Source: an uncultured delta proteobacterium (GTDB lineage Bacteria > Myxococcota > Myxococcia > Myxococcales > Anaeromyxobacteraceae). From it: DNA of 64,000 nt. A program made the translations under genes and the position numbers. The notes beneath the pieces were generated by a model. It worked only from the letters and a program-made list of their open reading frames with translations, did not search any database and was not told the origin of the DNA. The stretch is from positions 32,001-96,000 of the forward strand of contig CAWJSR010000039.1 of NCBI GenBank assembly GCA_963845515.1, written 5' to 3'. Positions 22,482 to 34,792 of the stretch are shown piece after piece. Each line of letters begins with the position of its first letter. Positions within the stretch are counted from its first letter, which is position 1.

Positions 22482-22754
22482 CTAGACCTCCGCGCCCTTC
22501 TCGATGGTCTCGACCACGCGCCAGCGCTTGGTCTTGGAGAGCGGCCGGCTCTCGGCGATCCGCACGCGGTCGCCGACCTTGCACTGCTGCTCCTCGTCGT
22601 GCGCCGTGTACTTCTTGGCGCGGTTGACGATCTTCCCGTACTGGCTGTCCGGCACCCGGCGCTCGACCCGAACGACGACGGTCTTCGCCATCTTGTTCGA
22701 GACCACGACGCCGACGCGGGTCTTTCGATTTCGACGCTGCTCCATGTCGGTCAC
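22482..22754 (-). CDS. rpsQ: 30S ribosomal protein S17
   Basis: [14 protein letters not shown] and [11 protein letters not shown]. Confidence 0.98.
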   Translation of the reverse strand: MTDMEQRRNRKTRVGVVVSNKMAKTVVVRVERRVPDSQYGKIVNRAKKYTAHDEEQQCKVGDRVRIAESRPLSKTKRWRVVETIEKGAEV

Positions 22755-22969
22755 TCCTTCTTCCCGGCCTGAGCCGCCTGGCCCTGCTTCTCGCGGGCGA
22801 TTGTGAGGCAGCGGGCCACGTCGCGCCGCGTCTCGGCGAGCGCGGCGGTCGAGTCGAGCACGCCGGTGACGTGCTTGTTCTTGAGCTCGAAGAGCGTCTG
22901 CTCGAGCTCCTTGGCGCGGGCGATGAGCTCGTCCGCTGAGAGCTCGCGCAGCTCCTTGATGGTCGCCAT
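22751..22969 (-). CDS. rpmC: 50S ribosomal protein L29
   Basis: [10 protein letters not shown]...[10 protein letters not shown]; canonical position. Confidence 0.95.
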   Translation of the reverse strand: MATIKELRELSADELIARAKELEQTLFELKNKHVTGVLDSTAALAETRRDVARCLTIAREKQGQAAQAGKKE

Positions 22970-22979
22970 GGCAGCCTCC

Positions 22980-23396
22980 TTACAGAGTCTCGCCGCGCTT
23001 TACGACGCGCGTGGAGACGGGCAGCTTGTGAGCGGCGAGGGTGAACGCCTTCTTCGCGATTTCGTCGGTCACGCCGACCATCTCGTAGAGGATGCGCCCC
23101 GGCTTCACCACGGCGACGTAGTACTCCACGTTGCCCTTGCCGGTGCCCATTCGGGTCTCAGCCGGCTTCTTGGTGATCGGCTTGTCCGGGAACACCCGGA
23201 TCCAGAGCTTCCCGCCCTTCTTCACGTAGCGGGTGATGGCGACGCGGGCCGCCTCGATCTGGCGAGCCGTGAGCCAACCACACTCCGTGGCCGCGAGGCC
23301 GTACTCGCCCTGAGCGAGATCGGATCCCCGGTAGGCCTTGCCGCGCATGCGGCCCTTCATCATCTTGCGATATTTAGTTCGCGCCGGCTGAAGCAT
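22980..23396 (-). CDS. rplP: 50S ribosomal protein L16
   Basis: [11 protein letters not shown] and [24 protein letters not shown]. Confidence 0.99.
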   Translation of the reverse strand: MLQPARTKYRKMMKGRMRGKAYRGSDLAQGEYGLAATECGWLTARQIEAARVAITRYVKKGGKLWIRVFPDKPITKKPAETRMGTGKGNVEYYVAVVKPGRILYEMVGVTDEIAKKAFTLAAHKLPVSTRVVKRGETL

Positions 23397-23426
23397 TGCC
23401 GTCTCCTGGTGTCCTGGTGCTCGCGG

Positions 23427-24101
23427 CTACGGCCGGGCGCCGCCGGTGCCGCGCGCAGGGCGCGCACCCGACGACTGCGGCAGAACCTCGCCGCGCATGA
23501 TCCAGACCTTGCAGCCGATCTTCCCGTAGGTCGTCTTGGCCTCGGCGAACCCGTAGTCGATGTCCGCACGAAGCGTGTGGAGCGGAACGCGCCCCTCGCG
23601 GTACCACTCGTACCGCGCCATCTCGGCGCCGCCGAGCCGGCCGGAGCACGCGACCCGGATCCCCTTCGCGCCGAACTTGAGCGAGGTCTGGACCGCCTTC
23701 TTCATCGCACGCCGGAAGGCGATGCGCCGCTCGAGCTGCGTCGCGATGTTCTCCGCGACGAGCTGCGCGTCGGTCTCGGCCTTGCGGACCTCGACCACGT
23801 TGAAGAAGACCTCGTTCTCCGTCAGCGCCTGGAGGTCCTTCTTGATCGTCTCGATCCCAGCGCCGCGCTTGCCGATGACGATCCCGGGGCGCGCGGTGTG
23901 GACGTTGATCTTGACCTTGTTGGCCGCGCGCTCGATCTCGACACGGGAGATGCCCGCCTGCGCGAGCTTCTCCTTGACGAACTCACGAAGCTTGATGTCC
24001 TCGTGGAGCCACTTGGCGTAGTTCTTCTCTTCGTACCACTTCGAGTCCCAGGTGCGGATGACCCCGAGGCGGAACCCGATTGGGTGAACTTTCTGTCCCA
24101 C
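23427..24101 (-). CDS. rpsC: 30S ribosomal protein S3
   Basis: [13 protein letters not shown] and [15 protein letters not shown]. Confidence 0.99.
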   Translation of the reverse strand: MGQKVHPIGFRLGVIRTWDSKWYEEKNYAKWLHEDIKLREFVKEKLAQAGISRVEIERAANKVKINVHTARPGIVIGKRGAGIETIKKDLQALTENEVFFNVVEVRKAETDAQLVAENIATQLERRIAFRRAMKKAVQTSLKFGAKGIRVACSGRLGGAEMARYEWYREGRVPLHTLRADIDYGFAEAKTTYGKIGCKVWIMRGEVLPQSSGARPARGTGGARP

Positions 24102-24115
24102 GTTCGTCTCCTTGC

Positions 24116-24559
24116 CTAGCCGCGGGCGGCGATGCCGAGTTCCACGTAAACGTGGCTGGTCTTCTTCTCGATCTTGGTGGCGCGCCCCATGGCCCGTGCC
24201 ATGAAGCGGCGCATCTTCGGGCCCTGGTCGACGAGCAGCGTCTTGACGAAGAGCGCGTCCACGTCGACGTTGCCGCCCTTCTGCTCGGCATTGGCGACCG
24301 CCGACCGCAGCAGCTTGGCGAGGTGGCTCGCTGCCGCCTGCGGCGTGAACTTGAGCAGCGCCAGCGCGTCACCGACCTTCATCCCCCGCACCTCGTTCGC
24401 GACCAACCGCACCTTGCGGGGGGTCACGCCCAGGTAACGGAGCGTGGCGTGCGGGCCGTCCGGGCGCTTGGCTTCGCGCCGGGCTGCCTTCACTTCCTTG
24501 CGGCTCACCCTCGGCTTCGCCGGGGCAGCCTCGACCTTCTTGGTCTTCTTCTCGGCCAT
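24116..24559 (-). CDS. rplV: 50S ribosomal protein L22 with basic N-terminal extension
   Basis: ATG 24559; [21 protein letters not shown] and ARAMGRA. Confidence 0.96.
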   Translation of the reverse strand: MAEKKTKKVEAAPAKPRVSRKEVKAARREAKRPDGPHATLRYLGVTPRKVRLVANEVRGMKVGDALALLKFTPQAAASHLAKLLRSAVANAEQKGGNVDVDALFVKTLLVDQGPKMRRFMARAMGRATKIEKKTSHVYVELGIAARG

Positions 24560-24572
24560 GATCGAACGCTCC

Positions 24573-24872
24573 CTACTTCTTGGGCGGGCCCGCCGAAGCG
24601 GAGGCCGCCTTCTTCTCGGCCGAGTGGCCGTGGAAGGTGCGGGTCGGGGCGAACTCGCCGAGCTTGTGGCCAACCATGTTCTCGGTCACGAAGACGGGAA
24701 CGAACTTCCGCCCGTTGTGGACCGCGAACGTGTTGCCGACGAAGTCCGGCAGGATGGTGCTCCGCCGCGACCAGGTCTTGATGACCGCCTTCTTGTTGGT
24801 CTTGTTCGCGTCCTCGACCTTCTTGGTGAGGTGCTTGTCTGCGAACGGACCCTTCTTGATCGAACGCGCCAT
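24573..24872 (-). CDS. rpsS: 30S ribosomal protein S19
   Basis: [17 protein letters not shown] and [13 protein letters not shown]. Confidence 0.99.
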   Translation of the reverse strand: MARSIKKGPFADKHLTKKVEDANKTNKKAVIKTWSRRSTILPDFVGNTFAVHNGRKFVPVFVTENMVGHKLGEFAPTRTFHGHSAEKKAASASAGPPKK

Positions 24873-24892
24873 GCGTCAGTCCTTCCCGTCCG

Positions 24893-25741
24893 CTACTGCG
24901 GCGTATTGCGAATGCCGGGCTTGCGGCGGCTAACGATGAACTTGTCGGTGCGGCGGTTGTTGCGGGTCTTGAGCCCCTTGGTCTTCTGGCCCCAGGGGGA
25001 AACCGGGTGCGGGTTACCCTGCCCCGACTTGCCCTCGCCACCACCGTGCGGGTGATCGACGGGGTTCATCGCGAGGCCGCGGACCGTCGGCCGGATACCC
25101 AGCCAGCGGCTCTTGCCGGCCTTGCCGACCCGGACCGCGGAGCTCTCGATGTTCGAGAGCTGACCGATGGTCGCCTTGCAGTCGACCAGGACCTGGCGGA
25201 CCTCACCGGAGGGCAGCCGGATCTGCGCGTACTTCCCCTCCTTCGCCATGAGCTGGCCGAAGGAGCCCGCAGACCTGATCATCTTCGAGCCGGAGCCGGG
25301 CTGCGCCTCGACGTTGTGGATGATCGTGCCGACCGGGATGGCCCGGACGGGCAGCGCGTTCCCGGGGCGGACGTCGACGGCGTCGCCCGAGACGAGCGTG
25401 TCGCCGACGCTGACGCCGATGGGCGCCAGGATGTAGCGCTTCTCGCCGTCCAGGTAGTGGAGCAGCGCGATGCGCGCGGTGCGGTTCGGGTCGTACTCGA
25501 TGGAGGCGACCTTGGCCGGCACGCCGTCCTTGTCACGCCGCCAGTCGATGAGCCGGTAGCGCCGCTTGTGGCCGCCGCCGATGTGACGGGTAGTGATGTG
25601 CCCGTGGTTGTTGCGCCCGCCCGACTTCTTCATCGCGACGGTGAGCTTCTTCTCGGGCTTCGCCTTGGTGATCTCGGCGAAGTCCGACACCGTCATGTGG
25701 CGCCGGGCGGCGCTGGTAGGCTTGTATTCCTTGAGGGCCAT
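24893..25741 (-). CDS. rplB: 50S ribosomal protein L2
   Basis: [12 protein letters not shown] and [14 protein letters not shown]. Confidence 0.99.
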   Translation of the reverse strand: MALKEYKPTSAARRHMTVSDFAEITKAKPEKKLTVAMKKSGGRNNHGHITTRHIGGGHKRRYRLIDWRRDKDGVPAKVASIEYDPNRTARIALLHYLDGEKRYILAPIGVSVGDTLVSGDAVDVRPGNALPVRAIPVGTIIHNVEAQPGSGSKMIRSAGSFGQLMAKEGKYAQIRLPSGEVRQVLVDCKATIGQLSNIESSAVRVGKAGKSRWLGIRPTVRGLAMNPVDHPHGGGEGKSGQGNPHPVSPWGQKTKGLKTRNNRRTDKFIVSRRKPGIRNTPQ

Positions 25742-25759
25742 GATCTCTCCGTCCCCTGC

Positions 25760-26053
25760 CTACGTCCCCTCGAAGAGGGCGATCGTCTCGCCCTCCTTCA
25801 AGGTCACGAAGGCCTTCTTCCAGTTGGGGCGGCGGCCGATGCTCCGGCCCACCCGCTTGTTCTTCCCACGGATCACCGCGGTGCGGACCGCGAGGACGTG
25901 GACGTTGAACAGCTTCTCGACCGCCTGCTTGACCTGGATCTTGGTCGCGTCGCGGTGGACCTCGAAGGCGAACTGCCTGCTCTCGGCCCTGTTCCGCTCG
26001 GACTTCTCGGTGACGAGCGGACGCTTTACCACGTCCTGGATGACGAGGTTCAT
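25760..26053 (-). CDS. rplW: 50S ribosomal protein L23
   Basis: ATG 26053; [22 protein letters not shown] and WKKAFVTL. Confidence 0.97.
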   Translation of the reverse strand: MNLVIQDVVKRPLVTEKSERNRAESRQFAFEVHRDATKIQVKQAVEKLFNVHVLAVRTAVIRGKNKRVGRSIGRRPNWKKAFVTLKEGETIALFEGT

Positions 26054-26670
26054 GACAGGCTGGCCTCCAGCTTCTTGGCAGTCGAAGCGGTGAGGATGAG
26101 CACGTCGTGGTTGAGGATGTCGTAGACGTTGAGCCCCTCGACCGCGAGGAAGTCGGCGCCCGCGATGTTCCTCACCGACCTGGCGAGGTTCACGTTGATG
26201 GCGCCGTCGACGACGAGCGCGCGGGGGGTCCCGAGCTTCTCGAGGATCGACGCGGCACCCTTCGTGCCCGGCTTTCCCGGCTCCCACTTGTCCAGGATGA
26301 GGAGCTTCTGCTCCTTGGCCCGGAGCGCGAGCGCGGAGCGCAGCGCGAGCCGACGCACCTGCTTCGGCACGTCGTAGGAGTAGTCGCGCGGCTTGGGGCC
26401 CATGGCCTTGCCGCCTCCCACGAACTGGCTGGCGCGGGTGGAGCCCTGGCGCGCGCGCCCCGTGTGCTTCTGCTTCCAGGGCTTCTTGCCGCCGCCGCTC
26501 ACGAGTGAGCGGTTCTTCACTGCGTGGGTGCCCGAGCGGTCGGAGGCGAGCTTCGCCTTGACGACCTCGTAGAACAGCTGCTCGTTCACCTCGCCAGCGA
26601 AGACGGCGTCGGCGAGATCAAGCTCGCCCACCTTCTTCTTGTCGAGATCGTAGACGTCGAACTTGGCCAT
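26050..26670 (-). CDS. rplD: 50S ribosomal protein L4
   Basis: [21 protein letters not shown] and GPKPRDY. Confidence 0.98.
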   Translation of the reverse strand: MAKFDVYDLDKKKVGELDLADAVFAGEVNEQLFYEVVKAKLASDRSGTHAVKNRSLVSGGGKKPWKQKHTGRARQGSTRASQFVGGGKAMGPKPRDYSYDVPKQVRRLALRSALALRAKEQKLLILDKWEPGKPGTKGAASILEKLGTPRALVVDGAINVNLARSVRNIAGADFLAVEGLNVYDILNHDVLILTASTAKKLEASLS

Positions 26671-26681
26671 GATCGCCTCTG

Positions 26682-26987
26682 CTACTTGATCTCCACGTCC
26701 ACGCCCGCCGACAGGTCGAGCTTCATGAGCGCGTCGAGGGTCTGGGACGTAGGCTCCAGGATGTCCAGGAGCCGCTTGTGCGTCCTGATCTCGAACTGCT
26801 CACGCGACTTCTTGTCGACGTGCGGGCTGCGGAGAACCGTGAACTTGTTGATCCGGGTGGGCAGCGGGATAGGGCCGGCGACCTTCGCGCCGGTCCGCTT
26901 CGCCGTCTCCACGATCTCGCCGGCCGACTGGTCGAGCAGCTTGTAGTCGTAGGCCTTGAGCCGGATCCGAATCTTCTGAGTCGCCAT
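26682..26987 (-). CDS. rpsJ: 30S ribosomal protein S10
   Basis: [16 protein letters not shown] and [14 protein letters not shown]. Confidence 0.99.
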   Translation of the reverse strand: MATQKIRIRLKAYDYKLLDQSAGEIVETAKRTGAKVAGPIPLPTRINKFTVLRSPHVDKKSREQFEIRTHKRLLDILEPTSQTLDALMKLDLSAGVDVEIK

Positions 26988-27077
26988 CGAAAAGCCTTCC
27001 GTTCAGTCAGCGCTGCGCGGCACCCACTCTCCGGCCCCAATGCCGGGGGAGGATGCCGCCGTTCGCCGGGAACGCTG

Positions 27078-28268
<1,191 letters not shown>

Positions 28269-28306
28269 GGCTAGCTCCCCTTCGGTACCTGGACGTCCCG
28301 GCGTCC

Positions 28307-30397
28307 CTACTTCGTGTCCGCAGCGCCCTTCGCCTTGGAGATGATGGTCTCGGCGATGCTGTTCGGGACCTGCGCGTAGTGATCGAACTGCATGGTGTAC
28401 GTCGCGCGCCCCTGCGTCTTCGACCGCAGATCCGTCGCGTAGCCGAACATCTCGGCCAGCGGGACCTGCGCCTCGATGACCTGTGCGCCGTGCTTCTGCT
28501 CCATCCCCTGGATCTTGCCGCGGCGGCTGTTGAGGTCGCCGATCACGTCGCCCATGTAGTCGTCGGGCGTCACGACCTCGACCCCCATGACCGGCTCGAG
28601 CAGGATGGGCGTGGCCCTCGCGGCGCCTTCCTTGAAGCCCATCGACCCGGCGATCTTGAACGCCATCTCGTTCGAGTCGACGTCGTGGTAGCTGCCGTCG
28701 AAGACCTCGACCTTGATGTCGACCATCGGGTAGCCAGCGAGGATGCCGCCCTCCATGGCCTCCTCGATCCCCTTGTCGATCGGCTTGATGAACTCCTTCG
28801 GGATGGTCCCGCCGACGGTCTCGTTCTCGAAGACGTAGCCGGTGCCCGGGGGCTGCGGGATGAGCCGCACCCAGCAGTGACCGTACTGACCCTTGCCGCC
28901 GGTCTGCCGGACGTACTTGCCCTCGGCCTCGACCGTCTTGGTGATCGTCTCGCGGTAGGCGACCTGGGGCTTGCCCACGTTCGCCTCGACCTTGAACTCG
29001 CGGAACATGCGGTCCACGAGGATCTCGAGGTGGAGCTCGCCCATCCCGCGCATGATGGTCTGGCCGGTCTCCTCGTCCGAGTGGACGCGGAAGGACGGGT
29101 CCTCCATCTGGAGCCGCTGGAGCGCGATGCCCATCTTGTCCTGGTCGGCCTTGGACTTCGGCTCGACGGCGACCGAGATGACGGGCTCGGGGAAGATCAT
29201 CCGCTCGAGGATGATCGGGGACGCCTCGTCGCAGAGCGTGTCGCCGGTGGTGGAGGCCTTGAGGCCGACCGCCGCCGCGATGTCGCCGGCGTAGACTTCC
29301 TTGATCTCTTCGCGCTTGTTGGCGTGCATCTGGAGGATGCGGCCGATGCGCTCCTTCTTGTCCTTCGTCGCGTTCTGGACGTAGGACCCGGCCTCGAGCT
29401 TCCCCGAGTAGACGCGGAAGAAGGTGAGGTTCCCGACGAACGGGTCGTTCATGATCTTGAACGCCAGCGCGGAGAACGGCTCCTCGTCGGAGGTCTTGCG
29501 GACGATCTCCTCGCCCTTCGGGTTGATCCCCTTCATCGGCGGCTTGTCGAGGGGGCTCGGGAGGAAGTCGACGACGGCGTCGAGGATCTGCTGGACGCCC
29601 TTGTTCTTGAAGGCGGTGCCGCAGATGACCGGGAAGAAGGCCATCTCGAGCGTGCCCTTGCGGATCCCGCGGGTCACCTCGTCCTTCGTGAGCGGGTGGC
29701 CGTCGAGGAACTTGGCCATCAGCTCGTCGTCGATCTCGGCGACGGTCTCCTCCAGCTTGGCGCGGTACTCCTTCGCCTGCTCGAGGAGGTCGGCGGGGAT
29801 CTCGATCTCCTGGTACTTCGCGCCCATCGTCTCGTCGTCGAAGGTGATCCCCTTCATCTTGACGAGGTCGATCATGCCGCGGAACTTGTCCTCGGCGCCG
29901 ATCGGGATCTGGATGGGGAGCGGCTTCGCGCCGAGCTTCTCGCGGATGGTGTCGACGGCGTGGAAGAAGTCGGCGCCGACGCGGTCCATCTTGTTGATGA
30001 AGCAGATGCGCGGGACCTTGTACTTGTTCCCCTGGCGCCAAACCGTCTCGGACTGGGGCTGCACGCCCTGCACGGCGTCGAACACGGCGCAGGCGCCGTC
30101 GAGGACGCGGAGGGACCGCTCGACCTCGATGGTGAAGTCGACGTGGCCGGGGGTGTCGATGATGTTCAGCCGGTGCTCACGCCAGAAGGCGGTGGTGGCC
30201 GCGGAGGTGATCGTGATTCCACGCTCACGCTCCTGCTCCATCCAGTCCATGACGGCGGTGCCTTCGTGGACTTCGCCGATCTTGTGGGTGACGCCGGTGT
30301 AGAAGAGGATGCGCTCGGTCGTGGTCGTCTTGCCGGCATCGATGTGCGCCATGATGCCGAAGTTGCGGTAGCGCTCGAGTGGACTGATGCGGGGCAT
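28307..30397 (-). CDS. fusA: Elongation factor G
   Basis: [28 protein letters not shown] and DGSYHDVDS. Confidence 0.99.
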   Translation of the reverse strand: MPRISPLERYRNFGIMAHIDAGKTTTTERILFYTGVTHKIGEVHEGTAVMDWMEQERERGITITSAATTAFWREHRLNIIDTPGHVDFTIEVERSLRVLDGACAVFDAVQGVQPQSETVWRQGNKYKVPRICFINKMDRVGADFFHAVDTIREKLGAKPLPIQIPIGAEDKFRGMIDLVKMKGITFDDETMGAKYQEIEIPADLLEQAKEYRAKLEETVAEIDDELMAKFLDGHPLTKDEVTRGIRKGTLEMAFFPVICGTAFKNKGVQQILDAVVDFLPSPLDKPPMKGINPKGEEIVRKTSDEEPFSALAFKIMNDPFVGNLTFFRVYSGKLEAGSYVQNATKDKKERIGRILQMHANKREEIKEVYAGDIAAAVGLKASTTGDTLCDEASPIILERMIFPEPVISVAVEPKSKADQDKMGIALQRLQMEDPSFRVHSDEETGQTIMRGMGELHLEILVDRMFREFKVEANVGKPQVAYRETITKTVEAEGKYVRQTGGKGQYGHCWVRLIPQPPGTGYVFENETVGGTIPKEFIKPIDKGIEEAMEGGILAGYPMVDIKVEVFDGSYHDVDSNEMAFKIAGSMGFKEGAARATPILLEPVMGVEVVTPDDYMGDVIGDLNSRRGKIQGMEQKHGAQVIEAQVPLAEMFGYATDLRSKTQGRATYTMQFDHYAQVPNSIAETIISKAKGAADTK

Positions 30398-30550
30398 TGT
30401 CGTTCCTGAAGCTTTCGTGCGTGCGCAAGCGAAGCCGCCCCTTGGCGGCGTCGCGACCTGACCGAGCTGTCAAAGACCTGGGCGGGTTTCGTTGAACCTT
30501 GCCAACCCGAGGCTGGCCGCCCTGTCCGACTCGATCCTCCTAGAAAACCA

Positions 30551-31021
30551 TTACCACCGGTAGTGGGCGAAGGCCTTGTTGGCCTCGGCCATCTTGTGCG
30601 TGTCTTCGCGCTTCTTGACCGCGTTCCCGCGGTTGTTGGCGGCGTCGATGATCTCGCCGGCCAGCTTCTCCTGCATCGTCTTCTCGCCGCGGCCCTTCGA
30701 GTAGTCGATGAGCCAGCGCATTGCAAGCGCCGCGCGCCGATCCTGGCGGACCTCGACCGGAACCTGGTAGGTCGCGCCGCCGACCCGGCGGCTCTTCACC
30801 TCGACCACCGGCTTCACGTTGTCGAGCGCCTTCTTGAAGATCTTGAGCGGATCGTCCTTGAGCTTCTGCTCGACCTGGTCGAAGGCGCCATAGATGATCT
30901 TCTCACCCGTGGCCTTCTTGCCCTGCCGCATCAGGTTGTTGACGAACTTCGCCACAATCCGATCCTGGAACTTGGGATCGGGGAGGATCTTCCGCTTCTC
31001 GACTTCGCGACGACGAGGCAT
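30551..31021 (-). CDS. rpsG: 30S ribosomal protein S7
   Basis: [15 protein letters not shown] and [15 protein letters not shown]. Confidence 0.99.
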   Translation of the reverse strand: MPRRREVEKRKILPDPKFQDRIVAKFVNNLMRQGKKATGEKIIYGAFDQVEQKLKDDPLKIFKKALDNVKPVVEVKSRRVGGATYQVPVEVRQDRRAALAMRWLIDYSKGRGEKTMQEKLAGEIIDAANNRGNAVKKREDTHKMAEANKAFAHYRW

Positions 31022-31038
31022 CTAAACCTATCCTTGGA

Positions 31039-31410
31039 CTAGCTCGGGCGCTTGGCGCCGTACTTGGAGCGGCTCTGCTTGCGGCCCTGGACGCCGACTG
31101 CGTCGAGCGTTCCGCGAACGATGTGGTAGCGAACGCCCGGGAGGTCCTTGACGCGGCCTCCGCGGATGAGGACCACCGAGTGCTCCTGGAGATTGTGGCC
31201 GACGCCCGGGATGTAGCTCGTCACCTCGAACCCGTTGGTGAGGCGAACGCGGGCGACCTTGCGGAGCGCGGAGTTCGGCTTCTTCGGCGTCGTCGTGTAG
31301 ACGCGGGTGCAGACTCCGCGCTTCTGCGGCGACTCCACGAGCGCGGGCGCCTTGTTCTTCCGCTTGATCTTCTCGCGCCCCTTGCGCACGAGCTGGCTGA
31401 TCGTCGGCAT
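31039..31410 (-). CDS. rpsL: 30S ribosomal protein S12
   Basis: [17 protein letters not shown] and [13 protein letters not shown]. Confidence 0.99.
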   Translation of the reverse strand: MPTISQLVRKGREKIKRKNKAPALVESPQKRGVCTRVYTTTPKKPNSALRKVARVRLTNGFEVTSYIPGVGHNLQEHSVVLIRGGRVKDLPGVRYHIVRGTLDAVGVQGRKQSRSKYGAKRPS

Positions 31411-31491
31411 CGGTCTGAAGTTCTTTCGTCAACAAAAACGCCCCGTTGTTCCTTTGGGGCGCGGGCTACAAACCCGTCGTGAGGGGCGCGG

Positions 31492-31519
31492 ATTATACGA
31501 ACGGCCCCTTTCGCGTCAA
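31492..31519 (-). promoter_or_regulatory. sigma70 promoter of the str/S10 supercluster
   Basis: TTGACG-16 nt-TATAAT about 80 nt upstream of rpsL. Confidence 0.8.
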
Positions 31520-31677
31520 GCACTTTCGCGAAACCGCTTGATCTTTTCCCCGTTGGCACTCTCCGGGGCGGCCGCCTCTGGCATCCAGCAACCACACCCG
31601 AGCCGGTCGAGGGGGCGCAACCTACCCCTTTTCGTTCCCCGTGCCAACCCCCCCACTCCGATATCAACTCTTTGCGT

Positions 31678-31714
31678 AGAAACAAGGCCCGGCGCGCAGG
31701 AGCGCGCCAGGCCT
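31678..31714 (-). terminator. Probable intrinsic terminator after the SOD gene
   Basis: Minus strand AGGCCTGGCGCGC-TCCT-GCGCGCCGGGCCT followed by TGTTTCT. Confidence 0.55.
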
Positions 31715-31737
31715 CGGAGATGCGGCGCGAAAGGGAG

Positions 31738-32343
31738 CTATTGCAGCCGCTTCTCGACCACCTCCCAGCTCACGTTCTTGAGGAACGCGTCCAGGTACTT
31801 GGCGCGCTCGGTCGCGAGGTAGTCGCGCATGAAGGCGTGCTCCCAGCCGTCCATCACGAGGATTGGCCTGTACCCGGCGGGGACGTTGTTCTCGTGGAGC
31901 ATCACGAAGTGATTGGAGAGCCAGCCCGTGGACGGGTCCTGGAAAGTGAACGCCCACCCGATCCCGGGCATGGTCGCCACCCCCCGGAAGTCGGAGAGCC
32001 AGGTCTCGTACTTGCCGAAGGAGGTCTCGATGGCCTTCCGGAGCTTCGAGCCGGCGGGGGGCTCAGCCTGTGCGCCGGCAGCCATATTCTCGAAGTAATA
32101 CTCGTGGTTCACCATTCCGCCGAACTCGAAGCCCAGGCGGCGGGTCAGCTCGGCGTAGACCGGGTCGGCCCCGGAGGCCTTCCCCTCCGCGCAGATCGCC
32201 TGAAGCTTTTCGGTGAGTGTGTTGGCGCGCTTGACGTAGCCCTCGTAGAGCTTCAGGTGCTCCTCGATCTGCTTGTCGGAGATGCCCGTGAGCCCGCGCA
32301 CTTTCGAGAAGTCCTTCGGGGCGTAACGCTTCACGTCGGCCAT
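31738..32343 (-). CDS. Fe/Mn-family superoxide dismutase
   Basis: Metal ligands in EEHLKLYEGYV, GGMVNHEYYF and DGWEHAF. Confidence 0.9.
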   Translation of the reverse strand: MADVKRYAPKDFSKVRGLTGISDKQIEEHLKLYEGYVKRANTLTEKLQAICAEGKASGADPVYAELTRRLGFEFGGMVNHEYYFENMAAGAQAEPPAGSKLRKAIETSFGKYETWLSDFRGVATMPGIGWAFTFQDPSTGWLSNHFVMLHENNVPAGYRPILVMDGWEHAFMRDYLATERAKYLDAFLKNVSWEVVEKRLQ

Positions 32344-32479
32344 TTGGATGCTCCTTCCCCAGTTGAGGTCGTAAAGACGGATTCACCAAGATGTGCGTAC
32401 TTCCCACCCCCAAAGCACGCCCCTGAGGGGTTCCTCCCCGACGGGGCTGCGGACGCTTCGGTGCTATAAGGGGCGCCGC

Positions 32480-33520
32480 ATGGCAGCAGCTCGCAGCCTC
32501 GTCCCCGCCCGGGTCGGCCGGGTGTTCCTCTGGATCCTCGCCGGCGCCGGACTGCTCCTCCTCGTCGTCGGCGGGCTCTGGATCACCCTACCCGACCCGG
32601 CGCCGCTCGCGCGCGAGAACCCGAAGACGACCGCGCTCATCGAGCAGCGGAAGACCGAGGCGAAGCAGAAGAGGCGCACGCTTCGCGTCCAGCAGAGCTG
32701 GGCGCCGCTCGACCGCGTCTCGCGCCGCATGGTCGAGGCGGTCCTGATGTCGGAGGACGCGCGCTTCTTCGGTCACGACGGGTTCGACTGGGGCGCCATC
32801 CGCGACGCGGCGAGGCACGACCTCGCCCGCGGAAGCTTCGCGCGCGGCGCCTCGACCCTGACGCAGCAGCTGGCCAAGAACCTCTGGTTCGGGACCGAGA
32901 AGAGCCTCTGGAGGAAGCTGAAGGAGGCGGTCCTCGCCTCGAAGATGGAGCACACGCTCCCGAAGCGCCGGATCCTCGCGCTCTACCTGGGGGTCGCCGA
33001 GTGGGGCGAAGGGGTCTTCGGCGTCGAGGCCGGCGCGCGGAGCCGCTTCGGCGTCTCGGCCTCGCAGCTGACCACGGCCCAGGCGGTCGTCATGGCGTCC
33101 ATGCTCCCCGCGCCCAGGAGGATCGACCTGGCGCACCCCTCGAAGTGGCTCGTCGGGCGCTCGCATCGGCTGCTCGACCGGATGCGCGACGAGGGCTCGA
33201 TCGGGAACGAGGAACACCTGCGGGCCAGCGCGGAGCTGGAGCGGATCCTCGCCGGCAATGCGCCGGCGGACGACGCGGGAGGCGACGAGCCGCCGGAGGA
33301 GGAGCCGGAGGAGGCGCCGGTCGCGAAGCCGGAGGCTGTCGCGGAGGTGCCCTCCATCGGGACCGCGGCGCCCCCCGCTCCGCCCGATGGCGCGTCCCCA
33401 CCGCCCGGTGGGGCAGACGCGAAGGATCCCGAGGTTGCTCCCGCAGAGGTCGAGGGAGCGCCCCTTCCCTCTGCAGCGCCTCCTGGCGCAGCCCCCCTCC
33501 CCGGGGGTCTCCCTCGCTGA
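32480..33520 (+). CDS. mtgA: Monofunctional peptidoglycan transglycosylase (GT51) with a Pro/Glu-rich tail
   Basis: SEDARFFGHDGFD, RGASTLTQQLAKNL and RKLKEA motifs; N-terminal TM; no transpeptidase domain. Confidence 0.9.
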   Translation: MAAARSLVPARVGRVFLWILAGAGLLLLVVGGLWITLPDPAPLARENPKTTALIEQRKTEAKQKRRTLRVQQSWAPLDRVSRRMVEAVLMSEDARFFGHDGFDWGAIRDAARHDLARGSFARGASTLTQQLAKNLWFGTEKSLWRKLKEAVLASKMEHTLPKRRILALYLGVAEWGEGVFGVEAGARSRFGVSASQLTTAQAVVMASMLPAPRRIDLAHPSKWLVGRSHRLLDRMRDEGSIGNEEHLRASAELERILAGNAPADDAGGDEPPEEEPEEAPVAKPEAVAEVPSIGTAAPPAPPDGASPPPGGADAKDPEVAPAEVEGAPLPSAAPPGAAPLPGGLPR

Positions 33521-34462
33521 TCAGACCTGGCTGCGGAACCAGGTGATCGTCCGCGTCATCCCCTCGTCCAGCGCCACGCGCGGCTCCCACCCGAGCACCT
33601 CGCGAGCGCGAGTGATGTCTGGCTTGCGGAGCTTCGGGTCGTCTTCGGGGAGAGGCCTGTGCTCGATCGGCAGGTGCGTGCCCATCAGCCGCTGGACGGC
33701 CTGCGCGAACGCCATGATCGTCATCTCGTTCGGGTTCCCGACGTTCACGGGATCGGCGTAGCCGGAGCCCACCAGCCTCAGGAGCCCATCGACGGTGTCG
33801 TCGACGTAGCAGAAGCTCCGCGTCTGCGTGCCGTCGCCGAACATCGAGATCGCCTTGCCAGCGAGCGCCTGGCCCACGAAGGACGGGACGACCCGGCCAT
33901 CGTCGAGCCGCATCCGCGGCCCGTAGGTGTTGAAGATCCGCGCGATGCGCGTGTCGACCTGCTTGTAGCGGCGGTAGGCCATGGTGATGGCCTCGGCGAA
34001 CCGCTTCGCCTCGTCGTAGACGGCGCGCGGACCGATGGGGTTCACGTTGCCCCAGTAGGACTCGCGCTGCGGGTGCTCGAGCGGATCGCCGTACACCTCG
34101 GAGGTGGAGGAGAGGAGGAACGTCGCGCCGCTCCGCTCCGCCAGCTTCAGCGCGTTCTCGACCCCTATCGAGCCGACGCGGAGCGTCTCGAACGGATGAC
34201 GGAGGTAGTCGATGGGCGAGGCCGGCGACGCCAGATCGAGCACGGCGGCGATCGGGCCGTCGATCGCGTCGAGCGGCTCGCAGATGTCCCGCTCCAGGAA
34301 CTCGAAGCGCTGCTCCGACTCCAGGTGCGCCAGGTTGCGCCGCGTCCCCGTCACCAGGTTGTCGACGCCGAGGACCGACCACCCGTCCGCCAGCAGCCTG
34401 TCCACGATGTGCGAGCCGATGAATCCGGCCGCCCCGAGGACGACCGCGCGCTTCATTGACAT
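33521..34462 (-). CDS. UDP-glucuronate decarboxylase-family SDR
   Basis: [31 protein letters not shown] and [10 protein letters not shown] motifs. Confidence 0.92.
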   Translation of the reverse strand: MSMKRAVVLGAAGFIGSHIVDRLLADGWSVLGVDNLVTGTRRNLAHLESEQRFEFLERDICEPLDAIDGPIAAVLDLASPASPIDYLRHPFETLRVGSIGVENALKLAERSGATFLLSSTSEVYGDPLEHPQRESYWGNVNPIGPRAVYDEAKRFAEAITMAYRRYKQVDTRIARIFNTYGPRMRLDDGRVVPSFVGQALAGKAISMFGDGTQTRSFCYVDDTVDGLLRLVGSGYADPVNVGNPNEMTIMAFAQAVQRLMGTHLPIEHRPLPEDDPKLRKPDITRAREVLGWEPRVALDEGMTRTITWFRSQV

Positions 34463-34469
34463 GCGAGTC

Positions 34470-34670
34470 TCACTCCCGGTTGCGGCGGGAGGCCGCGTCG
34501 TCGAGGGTCAGCTGACCAGGGAGCGTCTCCCGGTACTTCTCCAGCACCAGGTCGATCCCCTGCCGGATGTACTCCGCCACCGGAACCTTGGTGCGATCGT
34601 GGAGCACCTTGAGACGTTCGTTCTGCTCCGGCGTGATGTAGACCGTGGTGGAGATCTTCTTGCGGGGCAT
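34470..34670 (-). CDS. Ribbon-helix-helix DNA-binding protein
   Basis: [12 protein letters not shown] (beta strand) followed by two helices ([15 protein letters not shown]). Confidence 0.8.
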   Translation of the reverse strand: MPRKKISTTVYITPEQNERLKVLHDRTKVPVAEYIRQGIDLVLEKYRETLPGQLTLDDAASRRNRE

Positions 34671-34792
34671 GGTCTCGGCGCGAAGCTACGTGACCATGGA
34701 TGACCTGTCAAACGAGCGCAGGTACCCTGCCGTCCTTGAGGCGGAGGGGAGCGGCGGTTAGAATTCCCCTCCCTCCACGAGGACATAGCCAT

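Noticed and set aside
33280..33520. Low-complexity Pro/Glu/Ala tail of MtgA as a separate domain or repeat
   Set aside because: It looks like an ordinary disordered tail, with no DNA-level repeat unit.
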